Notes: generated by a model from the sequence alone, not told the origin. Numbered from the stretch's first letter, positions 20,498-39,220 are shown. The stretch is 64,000 nucleotides of DNA from an uncultured delta proteobacterium (GCA_963771175.1 CAVYSY010000025.1:64001-128000); one strand, 5' to 3'. Numbers and translations are program-made.

Positions 20498-22648
20498 TCA
20501 CTGTTCTTGCCACAAGGGGAGATCCGACAACCGCACTGTCATCTCCGTCACCTGACCCGGCTTGATCGGGGCGGACAGCATGCGGCTGGCACCATCCGGA
20601 TCCACCACGCGCAACCGGTAGGTGTCCACGGGCAGCGCGACCTTCTTCAGCGGGGTGGTGCCGAGACGGTTGTCACCATCGAACACCGCGGCGCGTGGGG
20701 AGGTGTAGAGCGTGAGCCAGCCAAGCTGCGCCTTCGCCGCGCCCTTGGCGGTGCTCGTGTCGATCACCTCGGGCTCCGTGGGAGCCTCCGGCTCGGTGGC
20801 CGGCTTCACGGCGGCGACGGGCTTGGGCTCGGGGGCGGGCTTCGGCTCCGTCCCGGTCTTGGGCGCGGCAGTCACCTTCCGCGACTTCTTGGAGTCGACC
20901 TTGGTGGAATTGGTCTTGGACGGCGTCGAGGGCTCCGGCGAGGCCACCACGGGCTCTGGCGGCGTCTCGGGCTGAGGCGTGGGCTCCGGTGGCGGGGCCT
21001 CCGGCTGGGCGCTCGCGGTCGTCGGCGGAGGGGTCCGAGGCAACGCCAACGGCTCCGCCGGGGGCGGACCCTGAGGAACCGGCTCCCCCTTCAGCCCCTT
21101 CAGCTCCTTCACGGCGGTGGCGTACAGGGGGGTGAGCAGGGCCCGGGTCGGCGGGTAGTAGACGGCACCGCCGATGCCCGCGAGCAGCAGCACCAGGAAG
21201 ACCCATTTGCCCCAACCCGACCCCTCGCGCGGAGCGTCTGGCTGCTCCACGACCGCCCGGGAAGGACGGGTAGGCAGATCCTCCTCCTCCCCGAGCATGC
21301 GGTTGGCGCGGACGGCGGGAGCCCTGCGGACCGGCTGGGTCTTGTTGAGCGGATCCTCGTCCTCCTCCTCCGGCTCGGGGGCGACGGCGCGGACGGACGC
21401 GGCGCTCCTGGCGGGCGGAGGCCGGATGGGCGTGGCCTGGGAAGTGGGCCGGCGCGGAGGGGGAGCGGGAGCGGGCTTCGGCGCGGGCAGCGCGGGCTTC
21501 GGCGGCGGCGTCACCTGCCCCGAGGGCTTCGCGACGCGTGGAGTGCTCGCCGCGCCGGAGTTGGGGGAACGGCGACCCCGCTCGTTGGAGCTCTCCTTGT
21601 TGTCGGTCGCGGTGAACATCGCGGCGAACTGCCCGGTCGCGGACTCGTCGGGCTCGTTCGCGCTGTCCAGCAGCGCGCGCGTCTTCTGGATCTTGTCCTC
21701 GAAGAGCTGCCGCATCACCGCGGCCATCTGCTCCTCGTGGAAGAGCTCCGCCCCGCAGGCTGCCTCGATGGCGCGGGCCATCTCGCGTCCCGAGGCGAAG
21801 CGCTGCCCCGGCTCACGCGCCAGCGCGCGCAGCACCACGTCGGCCAGCGCCTTGGGGACGCGCGGGTTGATGCTCGAGGGCGAGGGCACCTCCCCCTCGG
21901 CGATCTTCAGCATCACCTCGCCCTCGTGGGCGCCGGAGAACAGTCGGCGGCCGCACAGCAGCTCGTGCAGGATGATGCCGGTGCAGAAGAGATCGCTGCG
22001 CCCGTCGAGCTCGGCGCCGTGGACCTGCTCGGGGGACATGTAGCCGGTGGTGCCCTTCACCATGCCCACCTGGGTCCGGCCGAGCCGGCCCTTGGCCTTG
22101 GCGATGCCGAAGTCGATCACCTTCACGTGGCCGTCGAAGGTGACCATCACGTTCTTCGGCGACACGTCGCGGTGGACCACCGGCCGGGGCTTGCCCGAGG
22201 CCTCGGTGAAGGAGTGCGCGTAGTGAAGCCCGAGGCACGCATCGCGCACCGCGCGGGCCGCGAAGCCCAGGGGCAGCGGGAACTGCTGCTTGTCGGCGGC
22301 CTTGTAGACCTGCTCCAGGTTCTGCCCGGCCAGGAACTCCATGGCCAGGTACAGCTCGCCGTCCTGGTCTCCGAGATCGAAGACCTGGCCGATGTTCGCG
22401 TGGGAGAGGGTGGCGGTGATGCGCGCCTCGTCCAGGAACATCTTGACGAACTGTTCGTCCTTCTGGACGTCCGGGAGGATCTGCTTCAGCGCGACGAACT
22501 TGCGGAAACCGCCAGGTCCCGCGGTGAAGGCGAGGAACAACTCCGCCATCCCGCCCATGGAGAGACGGGTGACCACCTCGTATTTGCCGATGCGGCGTCC
22601 CCTGTCGAAGTCGAGACCCGCGCTGCCCTGAGGCCCTTGGTTGGCCAT
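20498..22648 (-). CDS. Membrane Hanks-type Ser/Thr protein kinase with a C-terminal PEGA-like domain
   Basis: GGMAEL, VALKQI, HRDVSPKN, DFG, YMSPEQ; TM helix WVFLVLLLAGIGGAVYY; C-terminal LGTTPL motif. Confidence 0.93.
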   Translation of the reverse strand: MANQGPQGSAGLDFDRGRRIGKYEVVTRLSMGGMAELFLAFTAGPGGFRKFVALKQILPDVQKDEQFVKMFLDEARITATLSHANIGQVFDLGDQDGELYLAMEFLAGQNLEQVYKAADKQQFPLPLGFAARAVRDACLGLHYAHSFTEASGKPRPVVHRDVSPKNVMVTFDGHVKVIDFGIAKAKGRLGRTQVGMVKGTTGYMSPEQVHGAELDGRSDLFCTGIILHELLCGRRLFSGAHEGEVMLKIAEGEVPSPSSINPRVPKALADVVLRALAREPGQRFASGREMARAIEAACGAELFHEEQMAAVMRQLFEDKIQKTRALLDSANEPDESATGQFAAMFTATDNKESSNERGRRSPNSGAASTPRVAKPSGQVTPPPKPALPAPKPAPAPPPRRPTSQATPIRPPPARSAASVRAVAPEPEEEDEDPLNKTQPVRRAPAVRANRMLGEEEDLPTRPSRAVVEQPDAPREGSGWGKWVFLVLLLAGIGGAVYYPPTRALLTPLYATAVKELKGLKGEPVPQGPPPAEPLALPRTPPPTTASAQPEAPPPEPTPQPETPPEPVVASPEPSTPSKTNSTKVDSKKSRKVTAAPKTGTEPKPAPEPKPVAAVKPATEPEAPTEPEVIDTSTAKGAAKAQLGWLTLYTSPRAAVFDGDNRLGTTPLKKVALPVDTYRLRVVDPDGASRMLSAPIKPGQVTEMTVRLSDLPLWQEQ

Positions 22649-22693
22649 TGGCGGACATACTAGCCGGCGAGTCGGGCCCGGTCGACAGGCTGC

Positions 22694-23688
22694 TCAGGAG
22701 TTCTGCACCTTTATCTGGAGCCACCGGGGGAGCAGGCTGGCTACTTGGTCCCGGAAGGGCAGGCCCGTCACGGCGCCGAGGTGCTCCACCACCCGGGAGC
22801 CCACGGCGCAGGCGAAGGTGGCCAGGGCCTCCAGGTCCTCACGTGAGGCCCCCTCCAGCTCCGCGGCCCCCGCGTACCGCTGGGACAACCCGTAGAGGAA
22901 GGCCGCCATGAAGCCATCCCCCGCCCCGGTGGTGTCCACCACGCGGCTCCGAGGGGCCGGCACCCGCACCACCTCGCCCCGCCAGAGGAAGACGGCGCCC
23001 GCCTCGCCCCGCGTCACCACCGGCAGCGTCACGCCCAGCCCCGCGAGGTAGCGCAGCGCCTCCTCCGGCTCCGTCCGGCCGGTGGCGAAGGCCACCTCGT
23101 CTTCGGAGAGTTTGACCACCGTGCACCGGGGCAGCAGGAGCCCGAGCTGCTCGCGCAGCACCTCCGGGTCCGCCCACGCGTGGAGACGGAGGTTGGGATC
23201 GCAGCTCACGAGGCGGCCCGCCTCGCGCGCGGCCTCCACGGTGCGCTGCATGGCCGTCCGGGCCTCGGGCAGGTGCAGCGAGTTCGTCCCGAAGTGCACC
23301 ACCCGCGCGCTCCCGAGGAAGGCCGGGTCCACGTCGCTGCTCGCCCAGCAGGAGCTCGGCCGAGCGGGTGCGGAAGTACGTGAAGCTGCGCTCGCCGCGC
23401 TCATCGAGCGAGATGAAGACGAGCCCCGTCTTCGCCTCGGCTGTCTGGCGCATGTGGCTCACGTCCACGCCCTCGGAGGCGAGGCGCTCGCGCAGGAAGT
23501 GGCCGAACTCGTCCTCGCCCACCACGCCCACGTAGGCCGAGCGGCCCCCCAGCCGCGCCACGCCCCACGGAGACGTTGGCCAGGGAGCCGCCGACGCAGG
23601 GCATCCACCCCGTCACCTCGCGCACCCGCCGGCCGGACTCCGCCGGGAGGAAGTCCACCAACGACTCGCCCACGCACACCACGTTCAC
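22694..23688 (-). CDS. PfkB-family carbohydrate kinase (fructokinase-like); frameshifted
   Basis: VVCVGESLVDF, GGSLANV, VGEDEFG, DPNLR, VKLSEDE, DTTGAGDGF. Confidence 0.9.
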
Positions 23689-23712
23689 GCACAGCCTCCT
23701 GGACGCCGCCCG

Positions 23713-24447
23713 TCAGTCCAGCCCCACCTGGGCCATGAAGTCCACGCTCTTGAGGCGGCGACCGAGGTGGTGGGAGATGAAGACGTTGAGCACGCCACGC
23801 GCCCGGGCGCGGAGCTCGGCCGGCAGCGGCGTCCGCTGGCCCTCCTGGAGCGCCCGGAGCCCGGAGAGCAGCTCGGCGGGCACGGCCACCGCATCACGCG
23901 CCCGGAACGAGCAGGGCTCGCACACCGTGCCGCCATGACCCTGGTCGAAGCGCGGCCGCTCGCCCGGCGGGCCGCCACACAGCGCGCACGAGTCGAAGCG
24001 CGGCATCAACCCGGCATGGGCGAGCGCGTCCAGCTCGAAGGCCAGCAGCGAGGTGGGGCCTGCCTCCTTCGCGTCCAGCCTGCCCAGGTACGCCTCCAGC
24101 AGCGCGAAGAGCTCCGGGTGGGGCTCATGGTCGCGCGTCAGCTCGCGGCACAGCTCCACCGCGTAGAGGGCGCGAGCGATGAGGGGCAGGTCCCCGCGCG
24201 CCCCGTAGTAGCCGCCCACGATGTCGGCCGAGTCCAGGCGCACCGTGGAGCCGCGCGTCTCCACGAGCTGCACCCGCAGCCGCATGTAGGGCTCCAGCGC
24301 GCCGGCGAAGCGCCGCTTGCTCTTGCGGGCTCCAGCGGCGAAGGCCGTCAGCTTGCCGTGCTCGCGCGTGAGGAGCGTGACCATCCGGTCGGCTTCCCCG
24401 TAGTCCACCGTGGAGAGGACCAGCGCATCATCGACGAAACGCTCCAT
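23713..24447 (-). CDS. recO: DNA repair protein RecO
   Basis: YGEADRMVTLLTREHGK..AAGARKSKRRF; zinc-binding CALC..CEPC. Confidence 0.95.
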   Translation of the reverse strand: MERFVDDALVLSTVDYGEADRMVTLLTREHGKLTAFAAGARKSKRRFAGALEPYMRLRVQLVETRGSTVRLDSADIVGGYYGARGDLPLIARALYAVELCRELTRDHEPHPELFALLEAYLGRLDAKEAGPTSLLAFELDALAHAGLMPRFDSCALCGGPPGERPRFDQGHGGTVCEPCSFRARDAVAVPAELLSGLRALQEGQRTPLPAELRARARGVLNVFISHHLGRRLKSVDFMAQVGLD

Positions 24448-24456
24448 GGGTCCCCT

Positions 24457-24843
24457 TCAACGCACGAAGGGGTTGGGTGCCTTCCCGCTCATGACCAGGG
24501 CGGCGAACGCTCCCACCCCCAGCACGATCAGCACCACGGCCAGGGCCACCCAGGCTCGCTTGCGCCGCTCGCGCTCCAGCACCACCGGGCTCGGCTCCGG
24601 CGTCGCCTTGTCCACCTCCTCGTAGCGCAGCACCGCGTCTTCCGGCGCCAGCCCGATGACCGTGGCATAGGCGCGGATGTAGTTGAGCACGAAGACGCGC
24701 GAGGGCAGCCGCTCCACCTGCCCCTCCTCCAGGGCGGCGATGAGGCTCGGGGAGATCTTCGTCACGCGCGACACCTCGTCGCGGGACAGGCCACGCAGCT
24801 CGCGCTGCTGGGACAGGTACTTGCCGAATTCGACGTGGTCCAC
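24457..24843 (-). CDS. RodZ-like HTH protein with one TM helix
   Basis: FGKYLSQQRELRGLS..TKIS..IAALEEG..LP..FVLNYIRAYA (HTH_25 pattern) plus a C-terminal TM helix. Confidence 0.85.
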   Translation of the reverse strand: MDHVEFGKYLSQQRELRGLSRDEVSRVTKISPSLIAALEEGQVERLPSRVFVLNYIRAYATVIGLAPEDAVLRYEEVDKATPEPSPVVLERERRKRAWVALAVVLIVLGVGAFAALVMSGKAPNPFVR

Positions 24844-24861
24844 GGGGGTGGGACTTTCTGG

Positions 24862-25611
24862 TTACAAGGCCTCGAGCAACCTGCGGCAGTCGTCCTTGAG
24901 GGACTGGCTCTTCGCCTTGGCCTCGCAGACGGTGAAGCTCTGCCGCGCCTCCTCCATCTTTCCCATCTTCACCTGGCAGGCGCCCTCGCGCAGGTACGCG
25001 TCGGCGACGTCCGGGCAGGCCTCACGATAATGACCAAAGGAGCGGCACGCCTCGGAAATGTTGCCGGTCTCCTCATAGATGACACCCAGGTTCTTGTAGC
25101 CCAGGCAGAAGTTGGGGTTGGTGGTCACCGAGGCCTTGATGCTCTGCAGCGCGCGCTCCGTCTCGCCCTTCTTGTAGAGCGCCCACCCCAGGTTGCCCTG
25201 GGCGATGAACGGCGTGGGGTAGAGCATGTCGTTGAGGGCCGCCTCGTACAGCTTGATGGCCTCGTCGTAGCGGGTCTGGGACAGGTAGACGTTGGCCAGG
25301 TTCGTCTTGACCTCGGAGAAGCCCGGGCGCACCTCCAGCGCCTTGTTGTAGTGCTGGATGGCCTCCTCTGGCCGGTTGAAGGACAGGTGCAGGAGGATGC
25401 CGATTGCGTTGTGCGCCTCCGGGTAGTCCGGATCCAACTCGAGCGCCTTCTGGAACTCCTTGTAGGCCTGCTGCACGTTGCCGACCTGCTGGGCCTGGAT
25501 GCCGAGCTCGTAGTGGATCTCGGCACCGCGGCGCTCCTGCTCGGTGGGGACGTGCTTGCAGCCCGTCAGGGCGAGCGCGAGGAGCAAGGCGATGGAGAGG
25601 CGGCGGAGCAT
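24862..25611 (-). CDS. tgl: Social-motility TPR lipoprotein Tgl (PilQ pilotin, PilF/PilW-like)
   Basis: Lipobox LTGC, tandem TPRs, LYPTPFIAQGNLG, Cys-rich C-terminus; located near rpoC as I recall for M. xanthus. Confidence 0.9.
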   Translation of the reverse strand: MLRRLSIALLLALALTGCKHVPTEQERRGAEIHYELGIQAQQVGNVQQAYKEFQKALELDPDYPEAHNAIGILLHLSFNRPEEAIQHYNKALEVRPGFSEVKTNLANVYLSQTRYDEAIKLYEAALNDMLYPTPFIAQGNLGWALYKKGETERALQSIKASVTTNPNFCLGYKNLGVIYEETGNISEACRSFGHYREACPDVADAYLREGACQVKMGKMEEARQSFTVCEAKAKSQSLKDDCRRLLEAL

Positions 25612-25637
25612 GGTGGTGAGTCTCGTCGGGTGGGGGG

Positions 25638-26105
25638 TCAAAAAGAGGCCAGGAGGCGGCCCAGGTTCGTCGAAGCCGTGCGCTTCTCGTCGGCGCGGCT
25701 CTTGCCCACGCTCGGCACCAGCTTCGGATCCTTGAAGAAGACGGGCAATGTTTTCAGCAGCTCGTCCTGGCGGGCAGGAGGCAGGCCGCGGAAGTTCGCG
25801 TTGTCCATCATGAAGCCCATGGACTCCACGAAGCCGAGCGCCTCGGCCTCTTCCTGCTGGTACTCCTCGGGGCTCGCGTTGCGCCGGCCCGGCACGTACA
25901 CCGCGCAGTCCTGGGCCTCGGACAGGTACAGGTAGATGAAGACGGCGAAGCCGCCCGCGCCGCGCAGCCCCAGCACGAAGGCCTGCGCGGGCCCCGCCGG
26001 CTTGCCTGGGATGGCCAGGTGCGGCGAGTTGATGGACTGGTACAGCGCCATGACCTGATCCCGGCTCGCCGGCAGGCCACGAAACCTCTCGTCGATGGCG
26101 AACAC
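25638..26105 (-). CDS. Hypothetical protein upstream of tgl
   Basis: 155-aa ORF with good codon usage, overlapping or adjacent in an operon; motif EALGFVESMGFMMDN. Confidence 0.75.
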   Translation of the reverse strand: MFAIDERFRGLPASRDQVMALYQSINSPHLAIPGKPAGPAQAFVLGLRGAGGFAVFIYLYLSEAQDCAVYVPGRRNASPEEYQQEEAEALGFVESMGFMMDNANFRGLPPARQDELLKTLPVFFKDPKLVPSVGKSRADEKRTASTNLGRLLASF

Positions 26106-26124
26106 GTTGGGCGCTCCCCCCGCG

Positions 26125-26823
26125 CTACCGCGTGGTGAGGGTGAACTCCTCGGACTGGTCTTCCGTCTCCGCCGCGGTGCGCTGGAAGCGGAGAAGCGGA
26201 TTGTCGATCATCACGTTGCCGCCGCCCTCGTTGCCCTCGCCGATGATGACCTTGAACACATGCTGGGGAGATTCGCTCCGCCGCGAGCCGGCCGCCACTT
26301 TGTGCGCCATCATCAGCACCACGTTCTTGCCCGGCTGCAGGTAGCGGGTGATCTCCGCGATGACCTGCGCCTCGCTGTTGCGCAGCTTCCGCACCCACTT
26401 GGAGTTGATGTACAGGTCGATGTCGTACTCCGTCATACCCGGCACCGACTGCTCCGTCACGAGCCAGTAACGCCGGGTGATGCGCGCCGGGGCGGAGTCC
26501 GTCTGCGCGGGAGCCGGAGCCGGCGTCGCGGCGGGCACGGGGGCAGGAGCGGTCGCCTGGGCCGTGGTCGGCGCGGGAGCCGGAGCCGGGGCCACCGGAG
26601 CGGGAGCCGGAGTGGGCGCGGGAGGAGCGTTCACCATCTTGACGGCGTAGCCGGGGGCCGTGATGTGGACGTTGCCCTGTTCATCGATGCGGACGGAGGC
26701 GACCTTCTCGAACTTCTGGTTCGTCACGCCGTCGATGCGGACACCATTGAGGTACACCGAGCCGGCGAGGGCCGAGGCCGGAAGCAGGGCCGTGAGGACT
26801 AAGGCGAGGATGGAGCGGCGCAT
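26125..26823 (-). CDS. Secreted hypothetical protein with a Pro/Ala linker
   Basis: Signal peptide (..PASALA), two beta-rich domains separated by PAPA repeats, GGAG RBS. Confidence 0.75.
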   Translation of the reverse strand: MRRSILALVLTALLPASALAGSVYLNGVRIDGVTNQKFEKVASVRIDEQGNVHITAPGYAVKMVNAPPAPTPAPAPVAPAPAPAPTTAQATAPAPVPAATPAPAPAQTDSAPARITRRYWLVTEQSVPGMTEYDIDLYINSKWVRKLRNSEAQVIAEITRYLQPGKNVVLMMAHKVAAGSRRSESPQHVFKVIIGEGNEGGGNVMIDNPLLRFQRTAAETEDQSEEFTLTTR

Positions 26824-26925
26824 GGGGGACTCCTCGGGGGGAACAAAGCGATAGCGCACCCGTCCGGGGTGAACAAGCGCGCGTCACCGGAGACCGGGGC
26901 GGCCGCCAGGAAATTCAGCCGCTTG

Positions 26926-27627
26926 CTAGGGCGCCTTCTCCTCGGGCGCCTTTTCGAGGCCCTCCCGCTGGGCGAGCGCCCAATCGCCACCCAGGCCCTC
27001 CCCTTCCCGGAATCGCCTGAAATCACGGCGGACGAGGCGGGGATAGCGCCGGAAGGTGTCCAGCTCGCCGGCCTTCTTGGCCTGCCAGATGCGGGTGGGG
27101 CCGGCGTTGTAGGCCATGAGGGCCAGGTCGAGGTCATCGAAGCGGTCGTGCAGCTCCCGCAGGTAGCGGATGCCGAGGCGCACGCCCAGGGACGGATCCG
27201 ACGCCACCTCCTCGCGGGACAGGCGCAGGCCCTGCTTCTGCGCGAGGAAGTGCAGCGTGCTGGGCTTGATCTGCATCAGGCCCCGGGCGCCCTTCTCGGA
27301 GACGGCCTCCTCGGTGAAGTCCGACTCCACGTCGATGAGGGCCAGGATGAGCAGCGGATCATACCCCGCCCTTCCCGCCTCCTCGGCGATGGCCTGGACG
27401 ATCTGCCGACGCAGCGTGAGACCCAGGTCCGGAGCCCGCTTGGCCAGCACCGCGTCGATGAGGGCCGCGTCGGGCGGAGTCACCTCGAAACGCGAGGCCT
27501 CCACCACCCGAGGCACCTCGGGAGGAGCGAACAAGGGCACCGCGCGGGCGGACAACACCAGGGCGACCCCCGCCACGAGGGGCAGCTTTCCACACCCCGC
27601 CCCGAGCGAATGAAGCCAGCGGAACAA
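26926..27627 (-). CDS. Lytic transglycosylase (SLT domain)
   Basis: LALIDVESDF, GARGLMQI, YL..L, ALMAYNAGP. Start codon uncertain. Confidence 0.9.
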   Translation of the reverse strand: MFRWLHSLGAGCGKLPLVAGVALVLSARAVPLFAPPEVPRVVEASRFEVTPPDAALIDAVLAKRAPDLGLTLRRQIVQAIAEEAGRAGYDPLLILALIDVESDFTEEAVSEKGARGLMQIKPSTLHFLAQKQGLRLSREEVASDPSLGVRLGIRYLRELHDRFDDLDLALMAYNAGPTRIWQAKKAGELDTFRRYPRLVRRDFRRFREGEGLGGDWALAQREGLEKAPEEKAP

Positions 27628-27667
27628 CCCCTCCCCGCGGCGGCTGGTCGAGCCGGAGGGGGAGCGC

Positions 27668-28012
27668 TCACTTGCGCTGCCCCAGAGCGTCGATGCGCTC
27701 GGCCAATCGGCTCAGCCGCGCTTCGAGGTCCTGGATCTGCTCCCGGCGAGGAACCTTGAGGCTCAGGAGGGTGCGCCGCACACCCTCCTCCACGTTCTGC
27801 TCCAGATCCTTCCGGTGACCCGTGAGGCGCTCCGTCAGCAGCCGGGCCTGACGGATCATCTCCTCCTGGCTCCAACCGGCCAGCTCGGCCACGCGCTGCA
27901 CTGCACGGGTGGCCTCGTCCTCCGCGGTGGACACGGCCAGCAAGGCCTGGCTCCACACCCGCTCGAACGTCTCCGCCAGCGGGCGCTTCTGCGGGGTCTC
28001 TGGTCTGTCCAT
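27668..28012 (-). CDS. Phasin / PHA-granule-associated-like coiled-coil protein
   Basis: 114 aa helical; C-terminal VPRREQIQDLEARLSRLAERIDAL fits the PhaF/PhaI-type pattern. Confidence 0.7.
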   Translation of the reverse strand: MDRPETPQKRPLAETFERVWSQALLAVSTAEDEATRAVQRVAELAGWSQEEMIRQARLLTERLTGHRKDLEQNVEEGVRRTLLSLKVPRREQIQDLEARLSRLAERIDALGQRK

Positions 28013-28253
28013 ACGACGATCTCCAGCATGGCTCCCCGGACCCAACGGCCCGGAAAGTGGGGGTAAGGACAATCGAGGTAAGCACACCCCCCGATTGAAG
28101 GAAACGCCACCCGCGCTCGCCCGCCTGCTTCCTACATCCAATGCTGGATGCTCGCCCGGCAGCCCTCCGGGTCGACCTCCATGGTCCTGTCCGGATTAGT
28201 GCATTGCCGCGTCACCCGTCAAGCGGACAACCCGTGATGCCCCGGAAGCCCGC

Positions 28254-28289
28254 AAAAGAAAACCGCCGCCCCGGGGACCGGAGCGGCGG
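28254..28289 (-). terminator. Intrinsic terminator after rpoC
   Basis: GC stem CCGCCGC..GCGGCGG followed on the - strand by TTTTCTTTT. Confidence 0.8.
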
Positions 28290-28331
28290 CTCTCGAACTT
28301 CGAACGTCAGACCGTCAGGCCCTGGCGCGAA

Positions 28332-32551
<4,220 letters not shown>

Positions 32552-32655
32552 GTTGCCTCCGAAATTCTTTGAGCGCCTGAGCGCGGAATCGTTTCCGCCT
32601 ACCCGCCGGCGCCCGCCCACTCAGGGAGCGGACGCCGGGGGGCAGGCTCGCTGCC

Positions 32656-36883
<4,228 letters not shown>

Positions 36884-36960
36884 TCGAACTCCGGGGCGCA
36901 GCAATCTCGTGGCGGGGCGAGATTGGGTAACGCGCAGCGGCAGCGGGAAATTTAGAGATA

Positions 36961-37050
36961 CGGAAAGGGCAAAGCCGGCGCACCCTTTCCGGGCACGCCG
37001 GCCTGCTCATCCGGTCAGGAGGCGGCGGGAATTTCCCGAAACCCGCCGCC
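36961..37050 (-). promoter_or_regulatory. rplL-rpoB intergenic hairpins, possible attenuator
   Basis: Stem GGCGGCGGG..CCCGCCGCC (37021-37050), and a 12-bp stem at 36974-37002 followed by TTT on the - strand. Confidence 0.55.
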
Positions 37051-37067
37051 TACCCGAAACAGCGAAA

Positions 37068-37442
37068 TTACTTGATGTCGACCTTGGCGCCAGCCGCGGT
37101 GAGCTGGTCCTTGATCTTCTTGGCGTCGTCCTTGTTGACGCCCTCCTTGACGGTCTTGGGAGCGCCCTCGACCAGGTCCTTGGCCTCCTTCAGGCCCAGG
37201 CCGGTGATCGCGCGGATCTCCTTGATGACGTTGATCTTGTTCGCGCCGGCGTCGGCGAGGATGACGTTGAACTCCGTCTTCTCCTCGACCGGGGCGGCGG
37301 CGGCAGCGGCCGGGCCAGCAACGGCCACGGCGGCGGCGGCGGACACGCCCCACTTGTTCTCGAGCTGCTTCACGAGCTCGGCGGCCTCCATCACCGTCAG
37401 GGTGGAGAGCTGGTCAACAATAGCGTTCAGGTCAGCGGCCAT
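37068..37442 (-). CDS. rplL: 50S ribosomal protein L7/L12
   Basis: [34 protein letters not shown]. Confidence 0.98.
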   Translation of the reverse strand: MAADLNAIVDQLSTLTVMEAAELVKQLENKWGVSAAAAVAVAGPAAAAAAPVEEKTEFNVILADAGANKINVIKEIRAITGLGLKEAKDLVEGAPKTVKEGVNKDDAKKIKDQLTAAGAKVDIK

Positions 37443-37528
37443 TTCAATGTCCTTCGTTTTCTAACGGCCCGCTTCCACGAGGGAAGAAAAGGGCCAGAGG
37501 TTTGCGGTGGGTCTGCTTCTGGATTCGG

Positions 37529-38050
37529 TTACTCGGGCTTCTGCTTGTCCACGTTGGCCTGAAGCACGCGGGCCAGCTGGGAGCCGGGGGCCGCGATGGT
37601 GCGGACGAGCTTGCCAGCAGGCTGGGTAAGCATGCCGAGCAGCTGGGCGCGGAGTTCGGTCAGACCGGGCATCTTCGCCAGGGCCTTCACGCCCTCGACG
37701 TCGACGCGGCGGCCCTGCACGGACGCGCTGCGGACCTTGATGGTCTCGAGGTCCTTGATGAATTCCACGAGGATCTTCGCCGGGGCCACGACGTCGTCGT
37801 AGCTGATGGCGATAGCCACGGGCCCCACGAAGTCCTCGGCGATGACCTCCACCGGGGTACCCTTCGCGGCGCGCTTGGCCAGCGTGTTCTTCAGGACCTT
37901 GTAGTCCACCTTGCCGTCGCGAAACTTCTTGCGCAGCTTGGTGACCGTCTCCACGTTCAGCTTGGAAAACTCAGCGACGATCGCGGTTTCCGCCCGCGAA
38001 AACTTCTCGTTGAGCTCCTTGATGAGTTCTTCCTTCTCGCTCTTGATCAC
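37529..38050 (-). CDS. rplJ: 50S ribosomal protein L10
   Basis: GTG start after GAGGAGG; KLRKKFR..YKVLKNTLAKRA; 173 aa. Confidence 0.96.
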   Translation of the reverse strand: MIKSEKEELIKELNEKFSRAETAIVAEFSKLNVETVTKLRKKFRDGKVDYKVLKNTLAKRAAKGTPVEVIAEDFVGPVAIAISYDDVVAPAKILVEFIKDLETIKVRSASVQGRRVDVEGVKALAKMPGLTELRAQLLGMLTQPAGKLVRTIAAPGSQLARVLQANVDKQKPE

Positions 38051-38149
38051 TTGTTTCACCTCCTCACGACACCCGCCCGAGGGCGGGCTGGATTGCCTGG
38101 GCCACGCAAGTGGCAGAGCGAGAGGGAGCCCCGAGAGGCACCACACCGC

Positions 38150-38275
38150 ACCTCCAGTCTCGGCAGGGCGACTTTTAGAGTCGTTTGAACCCTGGGCAGT
38201 GCTCGTGTCTCCGACCGGTTGTCCGGTTGCCAACGGAGGGCACGAGTCCCACCCCGGGTCCCTGCTGTCTGGGAC
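38150..38275 (-). promoter_or_regulatory. L10 leader (rplJ autoregulatory RNA)
   Basis: The - strand has CCAGACAGCAGG...CCTGCCGAGACTGG, matching the L10-leader kink-turn pattern, upstream of rplJ. Confidence 0.7.
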
Positions 38276-38463
38276 CAGGGATGACTGAAGCGCCGGGCCT
38301 CATCGGCATGGCGCTTCGATTGCAAAGCCGGGGCGCTATACCCGCGGCTTCGCAAAACGTCCAGCAAATTATGACAGCGGGCGTCAAGAAGACGACGGGG
38401 CGGACCTCCACGAGAGAGGCCGCCCCCTGGCCTGAACTGACGACTCCTCTGCCCTACCCCTGA

Positions 38464-39177
38464 CTACCGGTGGCGGGCGAGGATCTCGTTGGTGTCGATC
38501 TTGATGCCCGGGCTCATGGTGGCGGAGATGGCCACGCCCTTGAGGTAGACGCCCTTGGCGGTGGCCGGCTTGAGCTTCATGACCAGGTCCACCAGGGTGT
38601 TGAAATTGTCCTGGAGCTTCTCAGGGGCGAAGGAGGCCTTGCCGAGCTTGGCGTGGATGATGCCCGCCTTCTCAGCGCGGAACTCCACCTTACCGCCCTT
38701 GGCCTCCCGGACAGCCTTGGCCACGTCCATGGTCACCGTGCCCACCTTCGGGTTGGGCATGAGGCCGCGGGGACCGAGCACCTTACCGAGGCGACCGACC
38801 ACGCCCATCATGTCCGGGGTGGCGATGACGGTGTCGAAATCGAGGAAGCCGCCCTCGATGCGCTTGGCCAGCTCGTCGGCGCCGACCACGTCGGCGCCAG
38901 CGCCCTCGGCCTCGGTGGCGCGCTCGCCCTTGGCGAACACGGCCACGCGCACCGTGGCACCAGTGCCGTGGGGAAGGACCACGGCGCCACGGACCATCTG
39001 GTCCGCGTGCTTCGGGTCCACGCCGAGGTTGAGCGCAACCTCGACGGTCTGATCGAACTTGGTGCCGCGGGCGGCCGTGGTCTCCTTCAGGAGAGCGAAG
39101 CCGTCGGCGATGGTGTAGCGCTTGTTGCGGTCCACCTTCGTGGAGGCGGCGCGGAACTTCTTACCGGTCTGAGGCAT
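38464..39177 (-). CDS. rplA: 50S ribosomal protein L1
   Basis: [37 protein letters not shown]. Confidence 0.98.
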   Translation of the reverse strand: MPQTGKKFRAASTKVDRNKRYTIADGFALLKETTAARGTKFDQTVEVALNLGVDPKHADQMVRGAVVLPHGTGATVRVAVFAKGERATEAEGAGADVVGADELAKRIEGGFLDFDTVIATPDMMGVVGRLGKVLGPRGLMPNPKVGTVTMDVAKAVREAKGGKVEFRAEKAGIIHAKLGKASFAPEKLQDNFNTLVDLVMKLKPATAKGVYLKGVAISATMSPGIKIDTNEILARHR

Positions 39178-39220
39178 GTGGAAAATCCTCTTTTAGGAAG
39201 GGATGGAGGGGTGGAGAAGG

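Noticed and set aside
26500..26625. GGAGCC-type short repeats
   Set aside because: They simply encode a Pro-Ala linker in a secreted protein.
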